A stretch of 64,000 nt of DNA, from the NCBI RefSeq assembly GCF_006345805.1, contig NC_042997.1, positions 141,422,001-141,486,000 on the forward strand, read 5' to 3'. The notes below the pieces were generated by a model. It had not been told where the DNA came from. It saw nothing but the letters and a program-made list of their open reading frames with translations, and did no database searches. Origin of the DNA: Octopus sinensis. Its lineage: Eukaryota. Position numbers and translations under genes: made by a program. Each line of letters begins with the position of its first letter. Within the stretch, counting starts at the first letter, position 1. Positions 24,960 to 39,654 of this stretch are shown here, one piece after another.

Positions 24960-25460
24960 CATTATAATGGCCAAGCTTTGGCCACGAACTGAAAGGTCAA
25001 CGTTAGGAATAAGCAAGTGTCTCCGCTGTGCCGCGTCTGTAATAGAGTGGATGAAGTCATTGCCTATATCACGAACGAATGCCTTAGACTTGCCCCAACC
25101 ACTACAAGTTGTGGCGACAAGTTTTGGTAGCGAAGTGCTACATTGGAAACTGTGCAAAACTTGGGGGCTAGAAACAGGCAAGACGTGATATGAGCACAAA
25201 CCGCAGAGAATGGAGGAGTTGGAGACTTACAAAATCCTCTGGAATTTCCCAATTCAAACAGATCAGGTGATAGAGCATAACAGGCCGGACCTAGTGGTAG
25301 TGGACAAGGTGCACCACATATGCTATATAGTTGATGTTGCGTGCCCTTTGACCCAGGAATAGTCAAGAAGGAAGGCGAAAAGCTAGATAAATACAACTCA
25401 CTTAAGTACGAAATATGCATCAAGAAGAATATAAAAGAAACTGGAATGGAAGACCCAGTA

Positions 25461-25470
<10 letters not shown>
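24960..25470 (+). mobile_element. R4/Dong-like LINE fragment (duplicate at about 26400-26920)
   Basis: LHWKLCKTWGLE, YKILWNFPIQTDQVIEHNRPDLVVVDK..YIVDVACP. Confidence 0.85.
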
Positions 25471-25501
<31 letters not shown>

Positions 25502-25518
25502 TAATAATAATAATAATA

Positions 25519-25565
<47 letters not shown>

Positions 25566-25587
25566 TAATAATAATAATAATATAATA

Positions 25588-26085
25588 ATGCCAGACATTA
25601 TATTGAAAGACTTCAGACAAAGAACATGCTTTCTCATTGATATGACTGTCCCAATCGATATAAACGTATCTGTCAAGACCTACCAAAAACTGAGCAAATA
25701 TAAAGATCTTGAAATAGAAATCAGCAAAATGTGGAACCTGAAGACTAAAACAATACCTGTTTTCATAGGTGCCCTGGAAATGATAGCGAAAGGGGCTGAT
25801 TGCTACCTAACTCAGATACCAGGAAACCCCAAAATGGCAGAAATTCAAAAGATAGTGCTCATGGGAACTGCTCATATCCTACGCAAAATACTCTCTATGT
25901 AATCCCAAGGTTTAAAACAAACTTTTTTTTTATTTATGTATTAGACATTCACTAGTACAACACCAAAAAAAACCAAATATATGGCACACTAGGCATAACA
26001 ACAACGTGAACTTCCAACCTGTTGTCTCTTGAGGTCTCTGGGTGAGACTTGGAGCCAACTTGTACAGACATAAAGCAAAAGTCAA
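25588..26085 (+). mobile_element. R4/Dong-like LINE extreme 3' end with intact 104-codon endonuclease tail, 3' UTR and (AAT)n tail (duplicate 27040-27540)
   Basis: PDIILKD..LIDMTVP..KLSKYKDLEIEISKMWNLKTKTIPVFIGAL..LMGTAHILRK: PD-(D/E)xK-type endonuclease of the R2/R4 group. Confidence 0.9.
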
Positions 26086-26136
<51 letters not shown>

Positions 26137-26151
26137 TAATAATAATAATAG

Positions 26152-26257
<106 letters not shown>

Positions 26258-26267
26258 TAATAATATA

Positions 26268-26305
<38 letters not shown>

Positions 26306-26912
26306 AATGCCTGAAGAAAGGAACACTAAAAAAAGAGACCGAGAGGGCTGAAAAAAGGAACACTAACAAAAAAATGAGAGAGAGAGAGAGAGACCGAGAA
26401 CATTATAATGGCAGAACAAGGCCAAGCTTTGGCTACGAACTGAAAGGTCAACGTTAGGAATAAGCAAGTGTCTCCGCTGTGCCGCGTCTGTAATAGAGTG
26501 GATGAAGTCATTGCCTATATCACGAACGAATGCCTTAGACTTGCCCCAAACCACTACAAGTTGTGGCGACAAGTTTTGGTAGCGAAGTGCTACATTGGAA
26601 ACTGTGCAAAACTTGGGGGCTAGAAACAGGCAAGACGTGATATGAGCACAAACCGCAGAGAATGGAGGAGTTGGAGACTTACAAAATCCTCTGGAATTTC
26701 CCAATTCAAACAGATCAGGTGCTAGAGCATAACAGGCCGGACCTAGTGGTAGTGGACAAGGTGCACCACATATGCTATATAGTTGATGTTGCGTGCCCTT
26801 TGACCCAGGAATAGTCAAGAAGGAAGGCGAAAAGCTAGATAAATACAACTCACTTAAGTACGAAATATGCATCAAGAAGAATATAAAAGAAACTGGAATG
26901 GAAGACCCAGTA

Positions 26913-26968
<56 letters not shown>

Positions 26969-26972
26969 TATA

Positions 26973-27016
<44 letters not shown>

Positions 27017-27537
27017 TAATAATAATAATAATAATAATAATGCCAGACATTATATTGAAAGACTTCAGACAAAGAACATGCTTTCTCATTGATATGACTG
27101 TCCCAATCGATATAAACGTATCTGTCAAGACCTACCAAAAACTGAGCAAATATAAAGATCTTGAAATAGAAATCAGCAAAATGTGGAACCTGAAGACTAA
27201 AACAATACCTGTTTTCATAGGTGCCCTGGAAATGATAGCGAAAGGGGCTGATTGCTACCTAACTCAGATACCAGGAAACCCCAAAATGGCAGAAATTCAA
27301 AAGATAGTGCTCATGGGAACTGCTCATATCCTACGCAAAATGCTCTCTATGTAATCCCAAAGTTTAAAACAAACTTTTTTTTTATTTATGTATTAGACAT
27401 TCACTAGTACAACACCAAAAAAAACCAAATATATGGCACACTAGGCATAACAACAACGTGAACTTCCAACCTGTTGTCTCTTGAGGTCTCTGGGTGAGAC
27501 TTGGAGCCAACTTGTACAGACATAAAGCAAAAGTCAA

Positions 27538-27710
<173 letters not shown>

Positions 27711-27721
27711 TAATAATAATA

Positions 27722-27785
<64 letters not shown>

Positions 27786-27824
27786 CGACGATGATGACGA
27801 TGATAACAATGATGACTTCAAAGT

Positions 27825-28575
27825 TTGGCACAGCAATTTCGGGGGAGGGATAAGTTGAATGCATCGTCCCCTCCCCAATACTTAGCTGGTACTCACTTCA
27901 TCGACCCCGGATGAAAGGCAAAGTCAACCTCGGCCGAATTTGAACTCAGAACGTGTAGACGGGCGAAATGTCGCTAAGCATTTTGCACGGCGTGCAATCG
28001 ATTCTGCTATAGGCACAAGGACTGACATTGTGGAGGGAATGCTTGTCGATAACATTGAACCCAGGTACTTATTTATCGACCTCGGAAGGTTGGAAAGCAA
28101 AATCGATCAAGGCAGAATTCGAACACTGGACTTATAAAGATTGACGTATTGCCGCTAAGCAGTTTGCACGCCATGCTAACGATTCTACCAGTTCGCCATC
28201 TTCATGTTATTATAACCCTCTTTACAGTAGGTATAAGGCTTGAAATGATGAAGGTGGGTCGAGTCGAGTATATCGACCCCAGTGCTTGACTGGTAATTAA
28301 TTAATTTATCGGCCCCGAATGATGAAAGGCAAATTCGACCTCAGCGGCATTTGAACTCAGAACGTAAAATACCGTTAAGCATTTTGTCGTGCTAAATTAA
28401 TATTGTTATAATAATAGTACTAATAATCCATTGGATTTCATCATTATACATGTAATACATCTGATTGTTTCGACCCCAATGAACCCCGAAATATAAAAGG
28501 CAAATTCAATCTCAGCGGAATTTGAAGTCAGAACGTAAAGGCAGATGAAATACGGCTTAGCATTTTGTCCGGCAT
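27825..28575 (-). mobile_element. Cluster of four decayed copies of the abundant SINE
   Basis: Repeated gatgaaaggcaaa..gacctc.gc.gaatttgaactcagaacgt at about 27910, 28090, 28320 and 28495. Confidence 0.75.
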
Positions 28576-28587
28576 AATATCATAATA

Positions 28588-28841
28588 TTGGGTTGGTGCA
28601 TAATTACTGCGGCTTTTTTCTTTTTCAGTAAATTTTATTCTACAGAGCAATGGCAATATTTAACAAAGACATCTTTAAATGACGGTCTGACCGTCTGCCG
28701 AGCAAATGGGAAGCAGTAATTGAAGTAGATGGTGAATATGCTCCGGAATAATCATTTAAAGATGTTTTTGTTACATTTTGTTATTATTTTTATTGAATAA
28801 AATTTGTTGAAAAACGCCGCAATAATTTTGCACAAGCCCAA
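28588..28841 (+). mobile_element. Mariner-derived MITE / internal deletion, 254 bp
   Basis: TIRs ttgggttggtgcataattactgcggc / gccgcaataattttgcacaagcccaa, TA on both sides; retains DRLPSKWEAVIEVDGEYAPE* transposase C-terminus. Confidence 0.85.
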
Positions 28842-29439
28842 TAATAATAATACTGAAAATACTTTGGATTTCTTCATTTTAAATGTAATACAAGAGATTT
28901 TTTAAAAAAATAACAATGTTTCTGATGTAGAACGACGAAACTGAAGAAGAAGACGAAAAGGTAGATGAGTACTAAAAATATTGGCAGAAATATGTTTTCT
29001 ATTTAGTTTATAACATTCTATTTAATTGCACATGTGTCATATGAGATGATGTCTTCCATATTGTACATGGCATAACAAAAAAAAAAGAAACAATAACTTG
29101 AAGTTGTTTTGCTTGTTGGTTTGTCTGTCAGCTTTTAGAAGTTGTGTGTGTGTGTGTCTATGTGAATATCTATATGTTCGTGTATATACGTATTCTTATG
29201 TGTGTATGTACGTGTTTGCACGTACTTGTATCTGAAGTGATATCTTTGTATTATAAGTATGTATGTGCGATTCTGTTAAAACGTGAGCATACCTCTACCA
29301 ATGAATATGTATGTGCCTGTCTTTATATGGGCGTGTGTTTCTTGTCTTTGTATGTGTATGTGTGTGTTTTGCATGTTTGTGTATGTTTAACTTTATGTGA
29401 TTGTATGTGACTTTGTATGTGTGAGAGAGAGTGTTAGAG

Positions 29440-29499
<60 letters not shown>

Positions 29500-30716
29500 G
29501 TGTGCGAGCGTGTGCGTGTCTGCATGGTTAAACACGTGCAGAAGAGCATGGCCAGGAAATGAGTATTTTTATGCATTTACTATATTTGTAAATACCTAAG
29601 TGTGTGAAATTCATGCATGTATGCGTGTCTACATATGGCATATATGGGCTTTTATGTGTGTCAGTTTCTGAGTGTATATGTATGTGTGTGTTTCTGTGTG
29701 TGCATATATGCATCTGTGTGCCTGTGCGTTTACATAATTATTAATAATTATGTATATATTCATGTAAGATGGTGTGAGTGTTCATACAATTGTTATACAC
29801 CGAACATATAACATTATTTTCTGTATACGTGTATCGGTGTATGCATGTGTGTACAAATGTGTGTATGTGTGTGTGTATATCTGTGTATATATATATGTGT
29901 GTTTGTGTGAGCCCATATATGCTCATAAAGGCATAGATATTACCATGTGTATGCGTGTGAATGAGCATATTTACATAAATGACTGTTCGTGTATGTAACC
30001 ACAAATGCACAAGTATTTTCTAGTCATGCTTTAGCGTAAGTGTAAGCGTATATATGTGTCAGTGTATAAGTCTGTGTGCGTATGCGTGTGTGTTCGCGCG
30101 CACGCGTGTGTGTTCGCGCGCACGCGTGTGTTCTTTGCATTCGTACTTGCATATTAATTCAACGCAGTCGAGCGACATTTTACGTCAAAATAATATTCAT
30201 CAAGGCGGATACACTCCATTTTAAAACGATATCGCCTGAAGGAATTGCCAGACCTATTCTAAAAATCTGTCAAATTCCATCTAAGACATTAATAAAATCC
30301 CTTGTCGAAGTGGAATTGCTGTTTGCTATGCGTCGAAAATACAAAGATGTTAATAAGACATGTTAATTTTAAACTTTCACAATCCACCTCAATACAATCA
30401 CTAATGGTTTTCGTGCAATATTTGTGTGGATATCCACCACCGCAATTGGTTAGGATTCCTGATTAGTAAATTGGACAGTATGTATGCAAAAATCTCCTTA
30501 CAGATTAAACTTTATTTTGCATTCAACTGAAGCCATCAGCTCAAAAATTGTAATGTTAACATTGCCTTATATAATATTCAATTTATTCAAACACCACGTT
30601 AGGGAATTGTCTTACGTAATAGAAACAGGTTAATATTTACAAACACGAGTTTTGTCAGTTTTAGTAGTTTTATACCCAAACATACACAAGGACATATGAA
30701 CGTCACACAGACACAC

Positions 30717-30749
<33 letters not shown>

Positions 30750-31429
30750 TGTATGTATGTATGTATGTATGTATGTATATAGTTTCCAATATATAATGAT
30801 ATATTGATATATGTGTAAGATGCGAAATTGTGATCCTTGGGGCGATGACTGATGAGGAATTAGTTATGTCTTGCATGTGAGTTTTCCGTTCGTTGGGTTT
30901 CTCTTAAAGTATTGGAATGTATACACCCACACACACACACACACACTCACCCCCCTACACACATACACTCACACCCACACACTCACCCCCCCCCCCACAT
31001 ATATATATATATATAAGTTTTGCTGAGGCACAAAATATCCCAAACCAACTTCACCTTACGTTCTTTTGAAACAAATTGAATATTCTATATTGTCTTTTAA
31101 CTTGTTTTTCTAAATGTATGAATGCTCCACGTTCAGTATTACTTGTAACTAGAGTTAGTTAAATTTTTTAATTATTATTTTAATCAGAATATTAATTTAA
31201 GTATTAAGCTCTTGAACAATAAATGAAAAGTGTGAATTATTCGTATCTGTTAGTATTATAATTGCAAACAATAACTAATATAATTAACTTGCTAATTGTC
31301 ACTGAGATACTTCCGAAGGAACAATAGATTATGAAGACATCTTCGCTCTCAGTAAAAAGGATGTTCTCTTAAACGTTAGAATTGTTCTTAACATTTTTTA
31401 ATGAATTTCACTTCTTTTGCTGGTTATAT

Positions 31430-31830
31430 GCGCAGGTAAGGTTGCGTGGTTAAGAATTTCGCTTTCCAATACGTGGTCTTGGGTTTCCAATATGTGGTCA
31501 GGGTAACCAATGCTTTGTAAATGAATTTGTAGACAGAAACTTTGAAAGTTTGTCGCACATATGTGTGTGTGCGGGCATGTGTGTGCACTTGTGTGTGTCT
31601 GTGTGTGTGTGTGTTGTGTGTGTGTGTGTATGTGCGTGTGTATGTTTTTATGTATGTGTTTCCCCACCACCATCGTTTGACGACGAGTGTTGGTTCTCTT
31701 ATTTTTCTTTGACTTAAAGGTTCGAACTAAGAGGCTGGTAGAATAAATACTGAGTAAGATATCTTCGACTAAATGCTTGAAGGCGTCGATCTCGCATGGC
31801 TACAGTCCAATTTCCGAAACAACTAAAGGA
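31430..31830 (+). mobile_element. Degenerate tRNA-derived SINE with internal (GT)n
   Basis: gcgtggttaagaatttcgctttccaatacgtggtcttgggtttc head; body like 5555-5955. Confidence 0.65.
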
Positions 31831-32027
31831 CAAAGATAAACATCGAACCATTCAATGACGATAGCGATTGCTGTATATTCCGACATATCACAATTGAATT
31901 TTTCCTTTGCGCTTATCTGTTTATATTAATTTTTTATATACGCATTAGCATTCCGCTAAATCATCCATAAATTTTTATTTATGGATGATTTAGTTCGTAG
32001 TTGCCGAACAAGTGCCGTTCGCGCGGT

Positions 32028-32078
32028 CCTCACTGAAGATGTCTGCGGAATAGACGAATCTAGACGTCTAGTATGAGG
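32028..32078 (+). ncRNA. Type I hammerhead motif (A15.1U variant) with 12-nt palindromic stem III
   Basis: CCTCA-CTGAAGA-t-GTCT gcggaat AGAC-GAAT CTAGACGTCTAG TA-TGAGG; stems I, II and III perfect. Confidence 0.7.
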
Positions 32079-33837
32079 ATTTTTGGAGTTGGCATGGCGC
32101 AGTTACCCTATCTGTGAGCATGTATCCCACAGAATTAAAAGTATTTTAACTCTTATTTCTAGCAATAAAGGTACATCTTTACAGTCTTAGTCACACTTAG
32201 TGACGATTGTATGTGTGTGTATATATATATACACACACACACAACACACGCACGCACGCGCACGCACACACACACACACACACACACACGGCAGTTCTTA
32301 TTTTCCGTCTCCTAGATCCAATCACAATCACAAGTTATTGGTCGACCATGGGGCTATAGGAATAGACACTTTACCCAATGTATCGCGCACTGAAACAAGA
32401 ACTGAAGCTTCACTAATCCGTAATGTTAATTAAACAGTTCCTGTCTACTCATTCATGCATTAATATCTTTATTTTAGTTCGTTCTTCTCAACATTACTAG
32501 CCACCGAACACATTAACCAAAATCTAACACTTTATTTTTCCATTTACATTGCTGAAACCTCACTAAATCAGCAGTCATTAGTTTTCACCGGATAACGTCC
32601 AGCAAATTTCATTTGAAGGCTCATAACTCTTTGAAATGTTTGTCTTTCATTTAATTCGTGTTCTCTGAAAATTGCGCAACCATAACAATAAATCGTCAGA
32701 AAGACTTCATCGATAGCTCAACACGAAACGTCCTTCCAAGTAACACTTTCAGCAAATAAACAAGAACGATTCTTATGTAAGAAATATATATATAATGAAC
32801 TACAAAATGTTTGCAGAGTAATTTATATCAGAGACATACCGTATCAGAACGGAAGAAGAAAGTTTGTTATTCATTTTGCGAAAATGTAGAAATGCTTAAT
32901 CTCCCTCAGGATCATCTTTAATATAGCAGCATTGCTTCAGGTTTAAGTTTGTGCTATGTTATTATTTTGATGATTTAGTATTGTGACTAAAACCATTTCT
33001 AGATTTTAATCCATAAAAGTTATGATGAAGGGAAAATTTAGAGTTAGCATGCCACCTTTTGATTGTAAGAATCTCTGAATATAAAATAAAATTGAGTATT
33101 CTCACGTGACTAAAATCAAATAGAGTAATATGTACAGCATAGGACTTCAACTGTACCTTATCAATTACCTGAGAAATCTTCAATTTTCTGCTGTTCTTAA
33201 CAACGACGTAGATTGCTATTATATATAAACTCCAACAACAATAGCAAACCAACAGGAACAAATAAAGTCTCAGGTGATGCCGAGAACTAAAATGGCTGAA
33301 CCTGCACATTTGTTACATATTGCAATTTCATAACTCTTTATAGCGTCCGTCAAATATTCTTTATATTAGTACATATTGAGGAACTAATTATATCCAGCAC
33401 AATTATATGCATAGACATATAGTAAGTGTTTCGATATGCACTGAGGTTGTAATATCAAATTTCTTTCCTGAAAATAATTAGTATCTATCGCGTATATAAC
33501 AATGCGAGAGCAAATTGTATCCAATAATGGAATTAAAACTAGGAAGAACGATATCCTATAGAGGTGGTAATATAATTCGAGTTAGCTCCTATTCAAGAGA
33601 AGATGGAAAGGAAAATTATAAACGTTCGTGCAAATGTAACTTCCAGCACTTTCTTACATAAATACTTTATAAGATCGAACAATGTACTCATTGGACCGAA
33701 TTCAGGAACTTGTAACCAGTTCCCTCTTAGACATTCTTTTTTTTATCATGACAATGTCGCCAAGTTTTCAAGCCTTCAAAACGAACGGATAAGTTAACTA
33801 ATCTCCTGGATGTGTTTATATGTGTGTGTGTGTGTGT

Positions 33838-33878
<41 letters not shown>

Positions 33879-34199
33879 TGTGTGTGCGTGCGCGTGAGTG
33901 CGTGCGTGCGTATGCGTGCGTATGTGTGTATGCAAGTGTGTATTATGTATGTATATATGTATTGAAAAACTGCTTTTTCGAATGAGATAGTGTGACAATT
34001 ACTTAAAAATCCACGTACATACATATATATCCAACTTACACTCAGGCATTAAACACATTTTGTCTTCTTGTTATCGTTTGGTACATTTCAATAAATGACA
34101 CAGTATATACGTGAGAGCAAAAAAAAGCCGAATCTCCAATTTTATTCTGCTCTCCAGCATACATACATACATACAATGCCTTTGAATGTCACAACATAT

Positions 34200-35097
34200 T
34201 CCTTCTGTAACATCTTTTAACCATTAGGTGTCGAAGTGCATCCCTTGACCAAGTTTGCATACATGAGGCAGCTCCTTTAGCGACATTCTTTGTCTGTTAA
34301 CCTAGAATATATGCCCAAATAAGTCGCACGACTCTACCGCAACGTATCATCAGATGAAAGGATGAGCCTGTATGAACAGAAGACTATGCATGGATATGTT
34401 AGTAGAAAGAAGCTCCGAGATGATAGTAACATTGATCTTCAAAGCAGTTTATCGAGGGCCAATAGCCGGATTACTGCCTCCAATTTTGAAGGGTATGCGT
34501 TTGAAATCCAAGAACAGGATAGAGTTGCATGAAAAGCAATAAAATGTGTCAACCACTGCAAACTTTGTGAAGTTCACACCCACATCATAAGCAGTTGTCC
34601 GAAAATGTCATGACGGTTATATCTACTGATGAGACATGATGATGTAGCTAGGACACTCTATAATGAAATCAGTCGGAAGGATACTCCCGAGGACAAAGAA
34701 ATAAGAAGCCATAGTCACTCAAATTAAAAAGGAGTACTGGTGGAATGTAAGCACAACAGACCTGATATAATGATTTGGGATAGGGAAGAAAAACTGTGTA
34801 CAGTTGTGGAAATTAGCTGCCCAGTGGATGTTAATATGAAGCTGACGATCGGGGAAAAAGAGAACACCTAAGCTGAACTATTGAGAAATATGTAGTTTTT
34901 CTATCCAGATTACAAGTTCAGGTTTATACCTATAATTATTGGTGACCTGGGATATGTAACATACTGCCTAAATACCAATCTTGAGAAATTAGGCTTCTCT
35001 ACAACAGAAAGGAGAAAGCTAATTTGAAGACTGCAGATCCAATCCATCACTGAAACTGTAAAAATCTGTAAGACTTTCCAGAAGTTTATCATTTAAA
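34200..35097 (+). mobile_element. Decayed R4/Dong-like LINE 3' end (zinc knuckle plus endonuclease)
   Basis: MHGYVSRK, FEGYAFEIQEQ, CKLC..HIISSCPKMS, RHDDVARTLYNEI, RPDIMIWDREEKLCTVVEISCPVD, FIPIIIGDLGYV, VKICKTF. Confidence 0.85.
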
Positions 35098-35388
35098 TAT
35101 ATATGAACATGTCTAGATATGCAACTATATACATGAAAATACATACAAAAAGCAAAACATACAAATCTGCATATATACATACACGCATACATACACAAAA
35201 CAAAAGTAGTTGTTGTTGAAATTCTAACGAATCTAGGTTAGAAACTGGCTCTTTCTCTATTGCCAAGAAATCTTGAAATAAAACTAAACAATGACATATT
35301 TTTTCTTTTATTCTTTTACTTGTTTCAGTCATTTGACCGCGGCCATAATGAAGCACCGATATTTATATAAGATGTCATCCAAGAATAG

Positions 35389-35493
35389 GGCCTCTTGTTT
35401 ACACCACGGGAATCTCCGCAAATTCAACGTGAATTTGAGTTTACCAAAGTGGATTCAAACACCATTCCTCCATGTGGTCGGCTTGAAAAATTG
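35389..35493 (+). CDS. Candidate 105-nt exon (GLLFTPRESPQIQREFEFTKVDSNTIPPCGRLEKL, or alternative frame ASCLHHGNLRKFNVNLSLPKWIQTPFLHVVGLKN)
   Basis: TTG|GTAAGT consensus donor; weak gaatAG acceptor; two frames open. Confidence 0.35.
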
Positions 35494-36099
35494 GTAAGTT
35501 ATTAAGATATTTTCCTATTTTTCTTTACATGAAATCAATGGTAGCCTTCATTTACAAATAAAGAAATTCTATCCATCAATGCGTGCTGAGCAGTCATTTG
35601 CACCGTGTGACATTTACGTATTTATATATATATATACATATATATATATATGCATATGCTTGACGGTGTAGTACTAGTCTAATCTAAATAACACAAAAAC
35701 ATCAGACACTAAACCTGTGCAAGAAACAATTTCTGTTTGTTATGATCAGTAAAAGACGTTACGCAATTATAGTTAGTCATAATTTGTTTATAGCTGTCGC
35801 TGCAGCAGCTGCTGCAGCAGCTGCTGCTGCTGCTGCTGCTGCTGGTGGTGTTTATGTCATCCCTGATTGAATAGACCCATGATCAAAGGAGTTGAAGCTA
35901 ATCATCTGAATTTAGAGCTTCTCTACTTTAGTGCATCCTGTGTCTTGTTTTAGTTTGTTTGTTTTTAAAGACGAGGCGTCGTGATTTTAAGATTTGTCTA
36001 CTTCATTGATGAAGAGGTTAATATTTCGCATGCGGCTATTCTATGTCACTAAAAATGCATAACTTAATTCTGAAAGGAATAACATTACAAATTATTGTA

Positions 36100-36245
36100 T
36101 TACGTTCTGAGTTCAAATCCTGCCGAGGTCGACTTCGCATTCCTTTCTGGGCAATAAAATAAGTACTAGCTGAGCACAGAGGTTGATATCATCAACGTAC
36201 TCCCTCTCTCGAACTTGCTGGCCTTGAGCCAAAATTTGAAACTAG
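36100..36245 (+). mobile_element. Decayed SINE fragment
   Basis: tacgttctgagttcaaatcctgccgaggtcgac. Confidence 0.65.
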
Positions 36246-36325
36246 CATTACATACGACTGTACTATTAATAATATAACAGCCTTTTCTAATTGAGAATCT
36301 TTAGAAACCTCGGCTTCCACAAATA

Positions 36326-37589
36326 TTAGTTTGATCCGAAAATAATAGCTGCTTTCATGAACATAATTCTATTCTGGAAAAATTAGCAATAGAAAAGTTT
36401 TGATTAGTCGAAGTATGAGCTGTGAACGTCTATGCATCTCTGCCATCGATCAACGAGATTATCTATGCATCGTTGATAAAAAATTTATTGGCTTTGATGC
36501 TAAGAAATTTTTGCAAGTTGGTTCCACCTTTGGTTTGAACCTGAAAATTTTATCACTTAAAAACGTGTTTAAAAGCTTTAAAAAATGATAGTCAGTGGGT
36601 AAATGGTCAGTAGAATATGGAGGATGTGGTGAAGTCTCATATCCCAAGTCTGTGAGTTTCTGCAGTGTCATTCTTGCAACATGTGGCTTTCCATTATCGT
36701 GGAGCAGAATTGGGCCACGCCGATTCACCAATGCTGGTCAAATTTTTTGCAAGTGAGCATGCAATTCAGCGAGTTAATTGAGGTAAACCTCTGCTGTAAT
36801 GCTCTGATTGGCTTCCAGAAAGCTGTAATGGACAACATCAATTGCAGACCACCAAACAGTCACCATAATCTTTTGCTTATGCAACTTCGGCTTTGGGAAA
36901 TGTTTGGGGGGACTCATCACGATCAAGCCATTAACCTGATCGTTTAGGGCTATCATAAGGGATCCACTTTTGGTCACAAGTGACTATTCGGTCAAGAAAA
37001 GGATCATTAGTGTTTCGCAAAAAGAGCATCGGGCACACTTCAATTTCATTTCGCTCATGTGGTACCGATTTATCAAGCTTTTTCACCTAACCAATCTTCT
37101 GCAGATTGCGTGAGACCGTTGCAGTACCGACACCATGTGAGACATTTCTCTGACACTTTGACGGTGGTTGTGTTCAACAATTGCTTTCAATTGTTCATTG
37201 TCAAGTCTACATGACCGTCCTCTACCTTCTTCATCTTCAAGACTCTCATCACCACTACGGAATTTCTTAAACTACTTTCATACTGAGCGATCACTTATGG
37301 ACCCCTCTCCCCATGGTCTGTTGATATTGGTATCAGTTTAGGAGGCATTGTGCCAAAGATTAAACACATACAAGGAAAGTAAGCGGAGGTCCTTTTTTGT
37401 CATGTTCATAATTAAGAGTGTCTATGCTTCAAGAATGTTTTCTGTCTCAAATAATTAGAAAATTATTAAAGAGCATACATCAATTATTAAGTATGTCGAG
37501 ATTCACCTAAAATATAATTAACATATTATGATAAAATTGCGTTTCGAAACACAACACTTAGAACGGCCATTATTTTCGGAATAACCTAA
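36326..37589 (-). mobile_element. Full-length decayed mariner (DD34D) transposon, 1264 bp
   Basis: TIRs ttagtttgatccgaaaataatagctg / cggccattattttcggaataacctaa with TA target duplications; RIVTCDQKW, KIMVTVWW, LLHDNGKPH, HPPYSTDHLPTDYH; frameshifted. Confidence 0.93.
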
Positions 37590-38473
37590 TAGTTACTAGG
37601 GTATCTACGAGTAATTCTTTAATATTTTCATGTTTTTATTACGTATAGCGAGGCGCCATATTCGTAATCTTGGTATCTGTAGATAGTAAGAAGAGCTATA
37701 CATCTCAACAGGAAATTTGGTATAAACTAAGTCTTGGTTAAAACGTGTTGTGTTTGATGGATTTAGCACTGCTGAACTAAGACATATTTGTCTTGTTTAA
37801 CCGTTTATGAAATTTCACTATGTGAAAGAGAATATATGAATAATAATTTTTATGTAGGCATTTTCTAAGACATAGAATCGATTTCAAGTGTTTCTATAAA
37901 ATATTGCAGTATAATAGTTTACTCTTTTACTACTGTATAATTTTAAAAGATATGAACTGCTTATTTTTTAATTATGAAGATGTTTAACCAAAGATAAGCA
38001 TCTAGATCACCCAAAGTTTGATACAAATTTGATCAACAATTTAAAGGGGTTTCACTTCCCTTAATTAGCTAACGTCAATTCGGAATGACAGCAAGATTAC
38101 ACTCCTTTATTTGTCCTATACATGATGGTCATTGCGCAGTCAAAAAGAAACTAATCTATAGGAAACGAAATGTTTAGTTATCAAAAGATTTCGAAACTGT
38201 TTTCTCCACATTTACACAAGGTCCTATAACCATTCATTGAAGAGGGACACTATTTAAGATGTGTTATTTAAGTATCTAGAAGAAGCCACTTACTTTATAT
38301 CAACAGGCAGCAGTCACCCATTAATGGACACATACAACTAATCAAATTGACGCCATTATTATTTAAGATTATGTTAAATTAAACACAAACACATATAAAA
38401 CACACCCACACACATACATACAGAAAAAGTTGTGTTTTCTGTGTGTGGTTTTGTATGTGAGTGTGTTTTGTGC

Positions 38474-38524
<51 letters not shown>

Positions 38525-39540
38525 TGTGTGTGTGTGTACATGTGCTGTGCATGCTTGCTTTGTCTGTGTGCGATGTGTGAATGGGTGTTTTGTGTGTATG
38601 TATACTGCACAGAAGACACGACAGTGTTCTAGATTAGCTTTTTTTATTAAGTCTATTAAGTCTAATTTTCATATTTTTATGAGCCAATTGCAGTTTGTAT
38701 GGTAGGCTTTGATTGAAGGGTTATCGAAACTGGAAATGACCAAACAAATCGCTCCTAAATCACCTAACCTTACTGCCTTAAAATTAAAATATGGGGTCAT
38801 TAGGGTTTTTGATCTTTGATTTTCACAAGGACAAATGGAAGATTTTAGAGAAAACGTACCTAAATGTTTTTAAAAAAGCAGGTTTACCACATTCAAAAAC
38901 CAAATTTCATACTCTACAGAAACGATAAAAGGAAGGACATATATTCCTGATATATAAAAATACATGGTGGTTACGACTAGAACGTCTTTTATGTTAGATC
39001 AACTCTATCAGATTATAAGTGGGTCTCGATAGCAACAAGAGAACATCAACGTGATAACGGACGTTAGAGACTTTGAGAGGGCGGCCGAACTGCTAGAAAA
39101 AGTTAACGAATCTCCCTTATATCACACACCAAACAGTCTTTAAAAAGCAAGACCTCTAGGTCAATATATTCCCTAATATCAAAAAAATAGGAGGCCCATG
39201 GCTGGGAAGTTTTCTATCATCTGTTTCGTCAATCAGAGTTAATCATAGACTAAACAGCAACAGCTGATGGAGCCTCTGCATAGCTAACTGATCTGCTGCA
39301 AATAACAGTCAGAGCTTACACAAATGACATCCTACCGCCTTAGCCAATGTCATTTTTGAGACGTACAACGATGCAAAGGGCGACTTTCGTGGTAGATCTG
39401 CTCACGTTAGAAATAACCAGTGCAGATTTCTACCGAATCACACACTCTACCGTCTTAAAATGCAACATTATACACAAAAGTCAATGTTAATGCTAAATAC
39501 ACTATCTTTAAGGTATCGTCTTTGTCTTATTATAAGTCAT

Positions 39541-39654
<114 letters not shown>

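Noticed and set aside
32962-33309. 115-aa minus-strand ORF
   Set aside because: No recognisable motif; AT-rich low-information sequence; splice signals inconsistent
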